Positions 12,149-26,105 of a DNA stretch of 64,000 bases are shown in pieces. The notes under the pieces are model-generated. The model was not told the origin of the DNA, made no database searches, and saw nothing but the letters and a program-made list of their open reading frames with translations. Within the stretch, counting starts at the first letter, position 1. Each line of letters opens with the position of its first letter. A program made the position numbers and the translations under genes. This DNA comes from Tubiluchus corallicola. Lineage: Eukaryota > Animalia > Priapulida. The DNA lies in the NCBI GenBank assembly GCA_030141605.1, contig JAQGDQ010000295.1, positions 186,001-250,000 of the forward strand, read 5' to 3'.

Positions 12149-12833
12149 TGTAGGGCGCACAGTACGCCACTAGCCGAAGTAGGACACTTCCGGTAAAGCG
12201 CATTGCAGTGTCGTACATATCTTATCTAAAGAAATAGGAACCTAGATGGTAACTATCTATAAACGGTCCTCTTGCAAATGCCTGTTGAAACTGTCTACTG
12301 ACGAAGCACTGATGATTGATGATGATGATTCCCATAGTTGAAATCTCGGTTCTATAATAAAACGTAAAACTAAATTTGTTTTAGAAAAAAGTAACTTTAT
12401 AATAATGATGGATAGTCCTTGACAATTTACAAATCTATTTTTTACAATAATATTATCATCAGTATTATTAGCTCCATTAATATCATCATAACATTAAGCT
12501 AAGCATCTAATGCTTTAACGAGAGAAACTATGTAGGGCACATAGCTCGCTAGCCTGTTTACTTAGAAGAAAACAATTATTTGTCCAAGAGGTAGTGAATC
12601 GGATCACGTACCTGTCTGTAAAGCGAGACATAATAAAAAATTATATACCTTAAGTAAATGTTGGAATCGCCTAAAAAGCGGGCTTACTTCACTTCAAAAA
12701 TATTAATATCGAAGCCAAATTTAATATTGGTTGTTCTACAAGCTCAGAATAAGATTCTTTTATTTTATCATTATGTATAATAAATTACTCAACATGTAGT
12801 GACGTTTCCAGTTATTATTATTAAACAAACAAT
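12149..12833 (+). mobile_element. Second, 3'-truncated copy (B) of the same TIR element
   Basis: Starts TGTAGGGCGCACAGTACGCCACTAGCCGAAGTAGGACAC; shares internal blocks with copy A (AGTATTATTAGCTCCATTAA, AATATTAATATCGAAGCCAAATTTAATATT); ends at the microsatellite. Confidence 0.8.
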
Positions 12834-12838
12834 GCATA

Positions 12839-13187
<349 letters not shown>

Positions 13188-13192
13188 TCTAT

Positions 13193-13221
<29 letters not shown>

Positions 13222-13223
<2 letters not shown>

Positions 13224-13233
13224 CGCATGCGTA
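13222..13233. promoter_or_regulatory. NRF-1-like palindrome upstream of mitoferrin
   Basis: Perfect 12-bp palindrome TACGCATGCGTA with a CGCATGCG core (NRF-1 consensus YGCGCAYGCGCR), about 300 bp upstream of the ATG of a mitochondrial carrier gene. Confidence 0.4.
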
Positions 13234-13536
13234 GTTTGAAACCGTAGATGAGACCTCGTTATTTTCTCCGGTGTACGAAACTAACACTAAAAAGGTGTAC
13301 AGTCCATCTGTTAGGCTTGGTTCCATTAATGGCAGACACGTCGGCCCGTGGAAATTTAGAAATAACACATGTTGTTATTGCAAATTTAGTGTTTTCGTTT
13401 GCAACAATGCAAGTTTTCTTTTTAAGTTTTTCGATTACTCCAAAATTTGATGTGCAGAAGACGCTTCATGGGTAAAATAACTAGCAGTAAAAATGTAAGA
13501 ATGGGCTTCATATAGTTTGTCCGATCGTCTGCAAGC

Positions 13537-16500
13537 ATGTGGCCTGATGTAGAAGAGGTGGACGAATATGAGAGCTTACCAACAGACAAGGTAGCCACGC
13601 ATCTGATGGCTGGAGCCATGGCCGGGATAATGGAGCATTGTGTCATGTATCCCGTTGATAGTGTCAAAGTAATCAATTAATTTAGTTAGTTAAATAAATA
13701 AAATACAGAATTTAATTAATCATCTTAATTTTTTATGTAATTGTTGTTTAGTTATCTTTTGTATTTATAATCTACCACTTGGTTGATCATATAATTGGTA
13801 TTTGAGTGTTTTAACCACCTAGGTTATTGGCCCAAAGATTATAATTTTATTTTTTTAGACCAGAATGCAAAGCTTAAAGCCCAATCCGAAAGCTACTTAC
13901 AGAAATCTTTTTGATGCTTTCTACAAAATTATGCGTTACGAGGGAATATGGAGACCAGTCCGTGGGATTAAGGCAGTAGCCGGAGGAGCAGGTCCTGCCC
14001 ATGCTCTATATTTTGCTTCATATGAACATATGAAGAAGACTTTTAATGGAGGTTCTTACACAGGAGCCAATCCGCTAGCAAATGGTAAATTGAAATCAAT
14101 TGATTTTCAGTCGCTGATTGTACTCAATGATGATTGTGTAATTATGATTGTCTTGAATCATATGAATGCAATTATGCATGCATTCTGATAATATGTGTGC
14201 TATAGTTTTCTGAAGTGACAAGACAGCTTGCTTGCTCTAAAATTCTTACTATTCTTTTTGGAAATCTGGTGACTGTTTTTTTTATTTAAAACATGTTATT
14301 TATAACTTTATTGATACTTTGAAGTTATGCGCATAAAGTTGTGGATGCTTACTTTACTGTAGCCGCGTGTTTGCTCAAAATTCCCCGGCAAACATTTTTC
14401 GGCCTGGTGTTGCCCTCTAAGATCAAACTAGTTACGAAGTATTAGTGCTGGGTATTTCTGTGAATATTTGCACTTTAGTTTTGAGGGCTTGAGACATTTT
14501 TATGATTTTGTGACGAAGCAGGCTTGGGTCTGTTGCTACTAGTCTTAGTTCTACTGCTGTTAGAGTATAAAAGCACCGTGATGATGATGGTGATGATGAT
14601 GATGATGATGATGAAGAAGGAGATGATGATGATAACAATGATGATTGGTGATGATGATGATGATGATCACGATGTTGATGATGATAATGATAATGATCAT
14701 GGTGGTTCACTTGTACAGAGGGAATTTAACAGAGTTGTGATTGGGAAGTGCATTTCACCAGGTGAATGAAATCTTAAAAGTGATATACACGTCATACAGA
14801 TGAACTTGTTTAGCTAGAGGCTGTCCATGTCACATCACCTTGCGACTCGTTTTCGATTGCTTGTTGGTTATCACACTTTTGCATTGTTGCTGTTGTTGTT
14901 TCAAGAAGCAGGTAACATCCAAAACACATAGCTCATAAAATGCTTTTAATGGAGGATCTTTGCATATCAAGTATTATTTGTTTCTTTTTTTATTTTCCTC
15001 CATCACACACGGGACACCAGATTTGTCTGTTTCTTTCTTTTGTTTCTAAATTTTTTAAAGTTTTTAACTGTCCTTGTCTATTAGTTTGTCTTTTTTGGGA
15101 TAGACTAGACTGCGATTAGTGTTCCTTGACCTACAGCCAGGGGAGCTGTAACTTAGCTATGAGGTTAAGTATTGTTAATAGTGCACAGGCTTGTCATCCA
15201 GCAGCTTTAATTACTCTATGGCTGTGCCTTCAAGGTACTGGTAATAATAAAATGAATCTCCCTTTTCAGATCACTGCATTCTTTATACCTTTGGGCAGCA
15301 ATCTTCAACTGACATGCTACTAAATTTCACTACGGTATCTTTAATCTCAGATCTATATTCATTAAATTAGTAGTGTAAATAACCATGCCACCTGACCAGT
15401 ATAACGGTATAGGGGTACCCGAGTCTGATTTTTGCCACCCATATAAACACTATAAATTAGTAATATAACCTAAGATAACAATCACTGGTTGCTTTTTGTC
15501 GTGACTTAGTAGTTAGTGGAATCTTCTGTCTGACTGAGTGGTTATCAAAAAATTACTTATGAACACTCCAAATGTTTAGTCATAATTTACTGACTAAACA
15601 GGACTTAATGTTCATGGACTTTAATTTATTGATATAAGACGTTTGTTTAAACAATAAACAACTAAGAACAAACAATGCAAGTGTCAAATAGGTGTTTTTG
15701 AAGAAGGTGTGCGTTTGTTTGTGCACAGTCCTGGCATCTGAAAATGTCAAAGCTTGTTTTGCTCTGTTCTGTGTTATTTATAAAGAATTCTGGATAATGA
15801 GTGTTATGCCATGTGCTATCGCCCCTGATTAGGTAATATTCAGGTTGAAAGTGATTTTCAGTTTTTACTTTAACACATAACTTGCTTGATTGTTCTTAAA
15901 ATGAAAGAGTTAATGCATTTAATCGAACTTTGCAATGCTGTTCAGTGAACAAGACTGAATGGATTCAGATCCAAATCCACAAGCATAACTGTGTTTATCA
16001 CTTGACTGTGCCTGGTCGAGTGCAGTTCACTGCTGTGATTGAGCAGTTTGCCCTAATTTTCACTTAAATTTTGGCTCTTAAACAATCGCAATTTTTTTAG
16101 ACAATCATTGTCTGAGCCATTGACCTCGTGCCCTGTGTGTTCACTGTCTAAGCCCCTGTCCTGGGTATCTATGCTTTAAGATTTGTGATTCTACGTACTA
16201 CAGTTTTTTAGTTATTTAATGTTATGTTTCTAATGACCAATGTCGAAGTGTCCTCAATCCTGTGACTGAAGATGCTATTTACTATATACTATTGTCTATA
16301 TCCCTGCCTCAGGTGTCTACTATGCACGTTTTGTGACCCTAGCCTTTGGTTTTGCGAGTAAACGTGAATTATAAGTGGATGCCTAGACAATCTTGTTGTT
16401 TAAAAAACAAATCAGCATATTGTATCAATAGGTTCTCTTAGTTAGAATCCAGTGCTCGCATATTAAAAATAGCTTTCATTCCATTCGTCCTTTAATAAGT

Positions 16501-17853
16501 TGGGGTGTGGGATTGGTATTTCATATTTTGTAAGTTTAGTGTGCCATATGCTGTAAAAGTGAGCAAAGTATGTTACAGCCTAGTGCCACCTTATAATTAA
16601 TGTATTTGAATACTCAAAAACAGGTTAATTAGATGCTTATTATGCATTACATACGTTTTTGTTTCTTGCAGGTGCAGCCGGGAGTTTAGCTACTATATTC
16701 CATGATGCTATAATGAATCCTGCTGAAGGTAGATTGATGTCATTCAATTTCATTTCAGTTAAAAATGATGGTTTCAGTTTCTATCAGCTAATCTTTTTCA
16801 TATGTCGTTACTTAGTTAGATTTTCTAACAACATTTTAACAACAGCGTGCCTTGCACCACCCTATATATTGTGTTGTATGGCGCATGTATTCTCTGTGGC
16901 ATATCTAGTTATTGATGTAAGGGCTTGATATTTAACTTAAAGTGATATCCGGCTGCCATCTCTTCACAGCATTTCCAAACATTACAGATCGGCTGATTTA
17001 TAATGGTTGTGTTTGTAGCTTTGGTTAACTGACTTGTTAATTTTATTTTCGTTCCAAACGTAACCTAGTTTTGTTAAAAACTCAGTATGGTTAATTTGTG
17101 TAATAATTGATTACAACACTTGTGGGATTGAAATGGCGATGTGCCATGTTTGTTGTTTCTTTCTTGTTGGTTTTATGTGAAATACCTTTCAAAGATTTTT
17201 GCTATCACTTTTTTGTTTAAAGACTAAATTAGAAATCTTTTGTTTCAGTGGTAAAACAAAGAATGCAAGTATATGGAAGCCCTTACTGCAACATACTACA
17301 ATGTGTACGGAGAGTGTACAGACGCGAAGGCTTGAGAGCGTTCTATCGCTCGTACACGACTCAGCTTGCTATGAACATTCCTTTCCACGCCTCGCACTTC
17401 ATGGTGTACGAGTACACGCAAGAAACTTTGAACAAAGAACGTGAATATAATCCTGTTACTCATATGGTGTCTGGCGCCATAGCTGGAGCCGTTGCTGCTG
17501 CTATCACAACTCCTCTTGATGTGTGCAAAACACTGCTAAACACGCAAGAGCAGTGTGCTGTAGACCTCCGCAGTACCCCCATCCGGGGACTCGTCGACTC
17601 AGTTAAAATAGTGCACCGCATGAACGGGTTATCGGGTTATTTCAAGGGACTTCAAGCACGGGTCGTGTTTCAAATGCCGGCAACAGCAATTGCTTGGTCG
17701 GTGTATGAATTTTTTAAATATTTTATAACAAAAACGCAGACAGAGAGAACTGAGTCGACATTCATAGATGCGTCTGTCGTGGCTGGTTCCATCCGAGTGC
17801 CAGGACACACGGCGTTAGCTGCTTCGGCATCGAGTAAAGTTACAGACAGATAG
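13537..17853 (+). CDS. SLC25A37: Mitoferrin (mitochondrial iron carrier, SLC25A37/SLC25A28 family), 339 aa, four exons
   Basis: Exons 13537-13668, 13859-14084, 16672-16728 and 17249-17853 total 1020 nt in frame. Motifs [90 protein letters not shown] and [21 protein letters not shown] are diagnostic. Confidence 0.97.
14578..14702. repeat. Degenerate (GAT)n trinucleotide repeat in mitoferrin intron 2
   Basis: Read directly; source of the poly-H/poly-D/poly-M spurious ORFs. Confidence 0.9.
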
Positions 17854-18091
17854 CAAAAGCTGTGTCGCCAGATTGTTTTTGAAATTATATTTTTATATTA
17901 CGTTCGGCAGGAATTTTTTGTAAGTGCACAAGTATTTTGACTGTGTTTCTTAAGTTTTACTCTTAGCCACTTTACTGCCTCTATGACGAGAATCTGTTGT
18001 CATGCAAATTAACTGACATGTACACAAGTAGCATTGATACCTGTACACAGCAGACACATTTCAAGAATTAGGCTGCTGAAAATAAACAGTG

Positions 18092-18111
18092 GTGCTGCCC
18101 TCTGTTGGCCA
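18092..18111 (-). promoter_or_regulatory. CTCF-like binding motif downstream of mitoferrin
   Basis: Minus strand TGGCCAACAGAGGGCAGCAC closely matches the CTCF core TGGCCAxCAGxGGGCxC; lies just after an AATAAA at 18081. Confidence 0.5.
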
Positions 18112-19434
18112 AAAAATTATTATATAATCCGCAAAATGCCTATAGCCAAAAGATAGGCAAAACTTGATGGAAAGATTTCAGGTTTTCATTGATATTACCT
18201 GAAGAGTTTAAGGCTACGAGAGGTTTTTATTAATTTGCTTGCTTAGATGATTATTTTTAATCAGTGGCACTTTTAGTCATTTGTAGAACTTTTAGGCAGT
18301 AATCAAGTCATTAGCATGATGCAAGTTTTTGTTATTGCTTCCAAGTATTATAGATGACTCGCTACCGTAAATTTTTAATGCTTTACCTGTCAGATCTATG
18401 ACAATACCATCGTACTATATGTATGTGCTGTATTAAAGTTATATAATGCTGATTGTAACATTTTATACTTCTGTCTTCAGGGTAATAGCAAGCAGTGTGT
18501 AAGATGGTGTTCAAGTAGTCTTAAATTCTTAGTTGATAATGGTAGCTCTGCAAGGATTATTGTACTTTTTACTAGGAACATTTACTTTTTCATAAAAAAA
18601 GAAAAACCCTCGCTGTGCTAAGGCGTAAGAATCATCTGCAAACTTTTTAGTACTAAAATTATGCATTTACTTGTCAATTACATCTACTACTAATAATTAT
18701 ATTATTACTGTATACGTTATGAAATTAAATGACACGATTTATAAATACTGTAGAATGGGCAAGTATTGTTATAGTTCACTTAATGTAATATGGTAGCGCC
18801 ATTTGAGGCAGATTTGGGGTAATAATAATATGGGGTAATTAATTGTTGATATGTGCCTTGTTTGTTTTTCAATAGTTAAAGATTTGCAACCTCTGTATAT
18901 TCTAAAGAGAGATTAGGTCTATGGGTATAGGATATATTTTTATTGATGGAATAAATTGATTTAAAAATAAATACTGTTGTGCTGATTCATTTACATACAT
19001 TTTGAAGTATGCTTCTGTAAGGATGTTTAGCTTTAAAGGGGCACAAATATGTAACGCTTCTTCTTTCTTGTCAAAAGATGCCATCGCATCTTGTGAACCA
19101 GCATTGTTTTTGGGGACTGCTGATTGGCCAGTTACTAATTATGATTATACTAATTGAACTAACAGTTATAAGCAATTGTACAGTCATCGTCATCATCATC
19201 ATATGCCCATTACATCTACTGTTGTAGACATTGGGCAGACAGACTTCTAAAATCAAAGATATGTGCGCCCTCAAGACAGGTAAACACAGCAGTAATCCAG
19301 CAAAAAAACTAGACACTGCTGTGCCAGTGGCTTGCCAGCACCACTTCCATTATACGTTATGAGTTTATTATTTATCTGACAACCCCGGGGAAGAGTTGCA
19401 TTGAATATTTTTAGTATTTTAAGTTACAGATACT

Positions 19435-19702
19435 TGACCAGACAGTTTAGTCTAGAGGTAATGCGTCTGCTTTCCGTCTGGGATGTCGTGAGTTTGAAGC
19501 TGCAGCTGGGTCATACCAAAGACTTTAATAATAGTAGCCTGTTGTTGCCCTGCCTGGTGTGTGGTATTTAGGGTAAAAGTCAGGTAATAATAGTTTCTGT
19601 TATGCAGTTGTAGATTGTTATTTACAGTCGGCGATAATAGCTCTTTAGAGCTAATGTTAATTGTTCCTCAAAAAGCCGACTTTAAGTACAGATTATTATT
19701 AT
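19435..19702 (+). mobile_element. tRNA-headed SINE with Meta-domain-like core
   Basis: tRNA-like head (GTCTAGAGGTAATGCG...GAGTTTGAAGC), then GGTCATACCAAAGACT...TGCCTGG resembling the MetaSINE core, and an (ATT)n tail; second copy at 63121-63344. Confidence 0.75.
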
Positions 19703-20399
19703 CACAGTTGGTATATGCCACTCAGTGTGCATGAGTTGTTGTGGTTGGGTTAGTGATTCCCAGCAACATTTTGCCATAAAATGGCTGTTTACTGTTTACT
19801 TTAGTTAACTTGGCTTGTATGAAAGTGCTTTTGATAACAGGTACTTAACACATAAAACAAGATCTGGCAATTGCAGTACTTTTATATTAAATACTTCCAG
19901 TAAATTTACACTACATGAACTACATAACATTAATAATTAGCGCTATTTGAAAATAAACTAACAAATCAGAAAGTGTTAAACCATTAAGATATGTCAGGGG
20001 TCTAGAAAAAATACAATCTGTATGCAACACAGATTTTTTTCTACCTTGATGATCTTGGTTTTAGGAGATTATTATTTCTAAAGTAATTAATAAAGAAAAG
20101 CACCAATTTTTTTCACAATAAACAATGATGAATTAGAGTACAGCGCTTATAAAGAGGAAGTCACAATTGGATTTTCATTGTCATTAACTTATGAGAAGAT
20201 CATTGCTTCTACGTATTACAACTAAATTGACATGACATAACTTAATTAGTATCCAACTCACACAATTGTTAAAATTTGTTTCGAAAACAAAATTTTTTTG
20301 CATGCTTTTACATTTCTAATAAATATTTAGAAGCATATATATAATTCACACCATTTATCACAAACTAAAACGCTATATGTAGCATATGTCTTCACAATA

Positions 20400-20684
20400 G
20401 CTCACTATAGCATAATTATAATCTGTAAAACAACATTGAGGCTGGTCAGTGAATGGATGGATGACCACTGGGTCCAACTTGAGCTTTTTGGAAGTGTGAT
20501 AATTATTCAAACATGTCCTGGAATAACTCTGCCCACTGGTGTCTTATTTAGAGGATTAGCTTTCATAGTGAGCTAGACTATGGTACTGCCACAACCATCC
20601 ACTCAGTATGACGTGCCAATGAGGGCGGAATTACGGGCTATGGACTGCCGAAACAGTAAGAAGAAGTGCAGTACCTTTACCTTT
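20400..20684 (+). mobile_element. SINE-like remnant with 5S-rRNA-like segment and TACCTT tail
   Basis: GGCTGGTCAGTGAATGGATGGATGACCACTGGG resembles the 5S internal promoter region GCCTGGTTAGTACTTGGATGGGAGACC; ends TACCTTTACCTTT; a related segment lies at about 56495-56550. Confidence 0.45.
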
Positions 20685-21308
20685 GCCGTCTCAGCTTTTA
20701 TATATATATATAAAGCTAATTATATTTTTCTACTTTCACTCCTTTCATGTATCATCATGTTTTCTGCTACTGTATATTCTGATTTAATAGTATAAAATAC
20801 TAATTTTCAGTGCAACACAATTTAATTATCAAAATTTGTTTTAACCAAAACGGTCTGGTCACTCTTGTGTCAATACTGCTCTTTCAAATATCACTAAACT
20901 AACAAAACTATTCCCTAGCTAGCTGCTGTATAAGAAATAATTGAAAAACATGACTTTGCTTCATTCATACTTCATAATAAGCATTACATAACGGTTCTGA
21001 AAAGCAATTAATTACAAAAAATTAAGTTCTGCATAAGCACCTTGGCAAACTTCTAGCACTAACAAATAGTATCAGTGCATGTCACAGAAGTTGTGAACTA
21101 AAACAGGTATGAAGGTTCGCCAGCAATACTTAAAACCTTGCTGGTTTACACGCGTAAACAACTACAACTTGTATTTTGTAAACATACGTCATCATTATCC
21201 CTGCATTTATAAGTTCAGATCGGTGTCTTTATGCCAAAATTTGGTCACAAAAAAATTTAGATTAAGAACACATTTTATATTTGCAGTCAGATTCATGAAA
21301 ATTGATAC

Positions 21309-21499
21309 TAAAGTCAAACCTCGTTATAACACTCTTTGTAATATCGACCTTGTTTAGCGCTCAAATTTTTAGCAAAACAAAATGTCTATATTTACATAGA
21401 CATATATGTATTAATGCACCTCGTTATAATGCAAAACTCGCTATAATGCCAACTCTTTTGCAGTCCCAAAGTAGGCGGTATAAAGATGTTTAACAGTAC
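21309..21499. mobile_element. Degenerate Tigger/pogo-type MITE
   Basis: Ends AAGTCAAACCTCGTTATAAC and GTATAAAGATGTTTAACAG with TA flanks; internal CTCGTTATAA repeats. Confidence 0.5.
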
Positions 21500-22195
21500 T
21501 TTGAGATTTGCAGCACACAAAAACTTACAATTAATTTAAATAGCCAAAATAATAAAAATGTCAAAAACACAAAAAACATATCACAGTTTTAAAGAGATAG
21601 TGGCTTCAACGTTTTCAAAATGTTTATCCCTCAAAAGAAGAAAAATTATTTGTTATTGCTACATCTGTTTTGTACCCATTTTACAAAACAAGTAACTGTC
21701 TGGCATTTATTATCCCAAAACTATCTATAGATGGCTCCACTTGTTCTGCGTGATTTATTCTTTTGTCCTATCTAATGGCTCTGGATCTGGCCATTAAACA
21801 TCGGTTTGAAGGGAAATCAACTAGAGGAATAGCTCGATGGGGGTAAGAAGTGTTTACTGGCAAGCCAAACAGTCAAGTTTAAAATGCAAAGAAAATTTAC
21901 AAATTACTGCACATGTGAGATGATAGTTAAATAATGATAGAGTACTAGGAAAAAGCCACAGGTAAACAAAAATCTGTCTTTCACATATTATTACAAATTC
22001 CATTCTAATATTCTAATACCGTAGCTACATAAAAATCTGATTATTTTGTTTTCTGAGATATTTAAAAACATCTACACAATATTTGCTGATTACACAACGG
22101 TGCTATGCAATTTTTAAGCCATTTTATTTGCATTTCCTAATTCGCTGTACAATGTTACACAAATCTCTGTACAATATTTACAGGGCAAAGCTCTG

Positions 22196-25100
22196 TCAAG
22201 GGGCATACGGTGGAGGTGGCACGGGCACAGCTTGTAATGATGACTCTAAACTGTGACTCGGCGACATTTCATTGTCATTTAGTGGCATCTGATCCTGGCG
22301 ATCTGGGGGATACCTCTGCAATACATTGGTTGCCATGGCAATTATCGAAACACTGCCAGCACCGGCTATCAGGTAAAAGCCGAAGTCAAATCGAACAGAA
22401 ATCTTGTGACTGTCCTTGGGCATTGTTTGCCTTTGATATTCTTCTAACAAGACAGTAATCCAGTAACAGAATGTACAGATAACCACAGAAAGTACAGCTG
22501 CAAAACAGTGCATCGGATTAGCACACACGAAACAATAGAATGCATGTAAAGAAAATTTATAAAACTTGTTAAATGTCAAACTAAACCCTCACTATAATAT
22601 GCTTTTATAACTTAAATTCCTACTCTCATTTTGACCATTCAATTTATTTTATTATAAACTTACTGTAAAACTTGTTTCTTTTGATTTTTTATCACTTCGT
22701 TGTTAGCGGTATTAAATTTGAATAACCGCCATTTCTCGTTGTGAGAGACGAATGACGTTATGAATACAGTCATGAAAGATCACCAAAGACCGGTAAACAA
22801 ACATTGGTGACCAAAAACACTTTCTGTACTATGCACATCATTCTTACGCCAAAGGCACGAAACATGGCGATCTTTATGGCAATGCATGCATTCGAAATTC
22901 GCCGGGAAATGGCAAGTTATTTTATTTGAAAAGCTTCTTTTGTTTAATAATAACTATGAATTCTTTGTGTAATCATAATAGTGTGTTAAAAACTTCATTG
23001 TCTGTTGGGGTTATATAGGCCTTTAAAACAAAAGAATAAAATGCTTTTCTGACTGTAGAATTCTGAGTAGGGATTCATTAAAACGTTCGCAGAAGTTTTG
23101 TATACAAATATTTAAGAACTTTGTATGAACTTTCGTAAGCTGGATTCAGAAAAATTTTGTACGAAGTTCTTATTTATTTTGTTTGTACGAAGATTTTACG
23201 CAAATGAAATTCAGCCTCGGCCACTGTCTTCATGTCTACGGTGGCACGTAGTTCGTTAACTTTGGCAACACTTTTGCTATAGCTGCACAGATTGTAAAAT
23301 AATAACACTTCTTCTCCCTCTCTTGGCAGCCTGTACTAAGATCGATTCAAATTTACTTTTGTGTTTCTACTTATTAAAAAGATCTAAATGAGCAGAGGAA
23401 AGTTAGCAGGGGCATAACAAGGGAAAGAATAGAGAAATTACATAGGTAGGTAGGTAAGACGGAAGGTAAGTAGGTAGGTCGATTGTTTAGTCAATCAATT
23501 GGTTAGTTCGTTCGTCAGTCAGTCAGTAGGTAGACAGGTAAGGTAGCAGAAAGATAGACAAAAACATAGACAGACAGACAGACAGGTGGAACAGACAAAC
23601 AGAAAGAGAACGACAGAAAGAGAGAAAAAGAAAGATATCCAAGCCTTATAGTCTGCTGTGCAGATTATAGTTTGCAAACAGCTTTTATTTGAAAGGTCTG
23701 ATTCTAACCTATTGCAAGAAATACGTTTTCTATGTATCAAATTTCTATTATTAGTCTCTTCCTCTTCTATGATTAAGTCAATCATAGCCATTTAAAGCAT
23801 GCACAATAGGCAAACCTGTACTTACACAAGATCTAGTCCTTGCATAAAGTTATGAAGAAATTTAAGATTTCTATGAAAACTGGCTTACTAAATCAGTGAG
23901 AAGAGCTATGAACATTGCTACGCAAGAACGTGCGACGAAAATCATTAGTAACATTTTAATGAATCCAGCCACTGGACCTAGAACGCTATTATCAAACTCT
24001 CGAGAGAGCCATTGATAGATAAAACATTCATAGACAAGTGCAATGTACACATAAGTTAAAAATACATGCAAAGGTAACAGTTAGAACGTGTACAGGTTTG
24101 CTAGAATGACAACAAAACAAAATCTGAACATCTCTCCCAAAACAGCCTATTCAAACAAACTCACTACACTAAGAAAAAACAAAAAGGAGAAAAAGAGGAA
24201 AAAAATGCAAATTTTATTGAAAACTACTCTAAGTAACATAGTATAAACTTACATGCAATAAGCCATAAAAGTTACACTTGCTAAGTATACTAACAGTTAT
24301 AAGTGTTATGTGTAACTGATAATATTCAGTCAAGTTACGCTAGCTGAAAGTTACAGTTACCTGTGAAAACACATCCAACACCGTTACGTCTCAGCTGCTT
24401 CATTAGCTTTGTTGTCACGCCAACAGCATCCAAGATGATGGCAAACAAAGTAGCACCGATTGACAGCATGACAAAGAAGATCACTAGTCGCATGATAAGC
24501 ACAATCTGCTCTGTGACACAGTTTGATAAAACTGCAATAAAAATGTCTATGTAAAACTGCATAACTGTAGTTCAATTTGCAAATTTCCAATGTAAAATAT
24601 TTTGCAATGAAGAATACACAGCTTATTAAACTAAAATAGTCCGGAACATGAAGTACTGAGCTACTCGCTCATTTACTTTTTTCTGGCTACGCGCCAGCAT
24701 AATGCAGTTACAACTCTATTTACCATTGTCATGAAAAGTGCTATAATGACAAAGTATTCTGCCAAATTTAAGCTTTTACTCGGCGAGGTTTGATTGCGAT
24801 GCTCCTACTCTCGCAGGCTCAGTTCAGTAAGGTGCAATTTTCTTTATTCCATTCTCTTTCTTTCTCTCCCTTCTCCCTTCTCACTACTCCCATCACCCAT
24901 CTCTATCTCTCTCTAAACTTTTCTCTCTCAAACTCTTTTTCACTTTTGCTCATTCCTGCTCTCTCTTTCTCATTCTAATCATTGCCTATTGAAGTTTGCC
25001 CCGTGAAATTCATTATTAGAATACTAAAGGTGTCTGCATGTAATTACAACACAGTATTGAGCAAATGATGATGCTGCCTGTTGAAAAAATTTCTTCCTGA

Positions 25101-26105
25101 ATCAATACTTAACCATCAAAAATCAGTAATATCTTGGACGGAAATAAATTTTTCAAAAAACGAATGACTACGTAGTGGCCACATTTGACTGGGGCATGAT
25201 GATCAATACAATATAAACAACTTAACTCAAATGACGGTAATACACTAGTTAATAAATTATAGATTGTAGACAGGAATGAGTTGTACGTCATATTAACATA
25301 TCTTACTCTCACTTAATTGTATATATTCACATTTCTTACTAATCTTGTAAATTAATGTTATTTCGTTTGATGATCTGTTTGTTTATTTGATGTGATTATA
25401 CCAGAAGTACGAATAAAAATGATATACACTTGTCATAGATCATAATTTTGTATATACAGTTTACCTCATACCGAGTAAATGGCAACGTTTTATACTGCAT
25501 AAATCATGGCTAAATAACGGCTCAAGATTCAGTATGAGGCTTATTTGCGAGTAACCAATAAATTAACTAGCAAAACAGTTAAAACAAAAAGTTAAATAGT
25601 GTTTTTATAAGAGTTATCTAAACAAGTTAAGTTTACTTCTCGATGTTTGATTTAGTTTTCTGTAGGACAAAAAGGAATGTAAGCAGTTCAATACTATTGA
25701 TACCAATTATATTCTTAATCATTGTAATTTCACATAATATTTAAAGCTGTGTTATCTGCGTATATTTTCCATGACTATTTGCAGACTATAAGCAGAAACA
25801 AAGCTGCTGATATTCGAAGCCAATTTATTTAATCAAATCAAACTAATTATACCTTCTCTGCTTGCTGTATAGAACTCTGACAAACTGGCATCCGTACTGC
25901 TAATAAAGTAGCCACCAAAAAACTGATAGATTCCTAAAGACGCCGAACTACATCCTCCACCGTGAAGCCAGAACCATCGTTCTTGGGCAAGAGCTACACA
26001 TAGCAGAGCAAGCACCACTAGACTGCATCCTGCGGCAACCAGGTTTCGTTCTCTCCTCTTCCATGTCCGACTACTCCAACTGAGGACTCTCTCAGGAACC
26101 GCCAT
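22196..26105 (-). CDS. TMEM127: Transmembrane protein 127, 241 aa, three coding exons
   Basis: Exons 26105-25853, 24531-24361 and 22497-22196 total 726 nt in frame, GT-AG. ERNLVAA...LLCVALAQERWFWLHGGGCS, CVTEQIVLIMR, FYLIAGAGSVSIIAMATNVLQRYP and terminal PPPPYAP match human TMEM127 ([56 protein letters not shown]). Confidence 0.95.
23442..23632. repeat. Degenerate tetranucleotide tract (GTAG/GTCA/GACA)n
   Basis: Read directly, TMEM127 intron 2. Confidence 0.8.

Noticed and set aside
14432-14769. His-rich / Asp-rich ORFs (tempting as metal-binding peptides within an iron-transporter gene)
   Set aside because: Products of a (GAT)n microsatellite in an intron, with no splice or other coding support.
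17851-17940. Stop-codon readthrough of mitoferrin (TAG CAA)
   Set aside because: Context is TAG-CAA-AAG, not CAR-YYA, and the ~28-aa extension has no recognisable motif.
17854-19800. Iron-responsive element in the mitoferrin UTRs
   Set aside because: CAGTGN loops at about 18087, 18262, 18493 and 19723 lack the 5-bp upper stem with a bulged C; none seen in the proximal 5' region.
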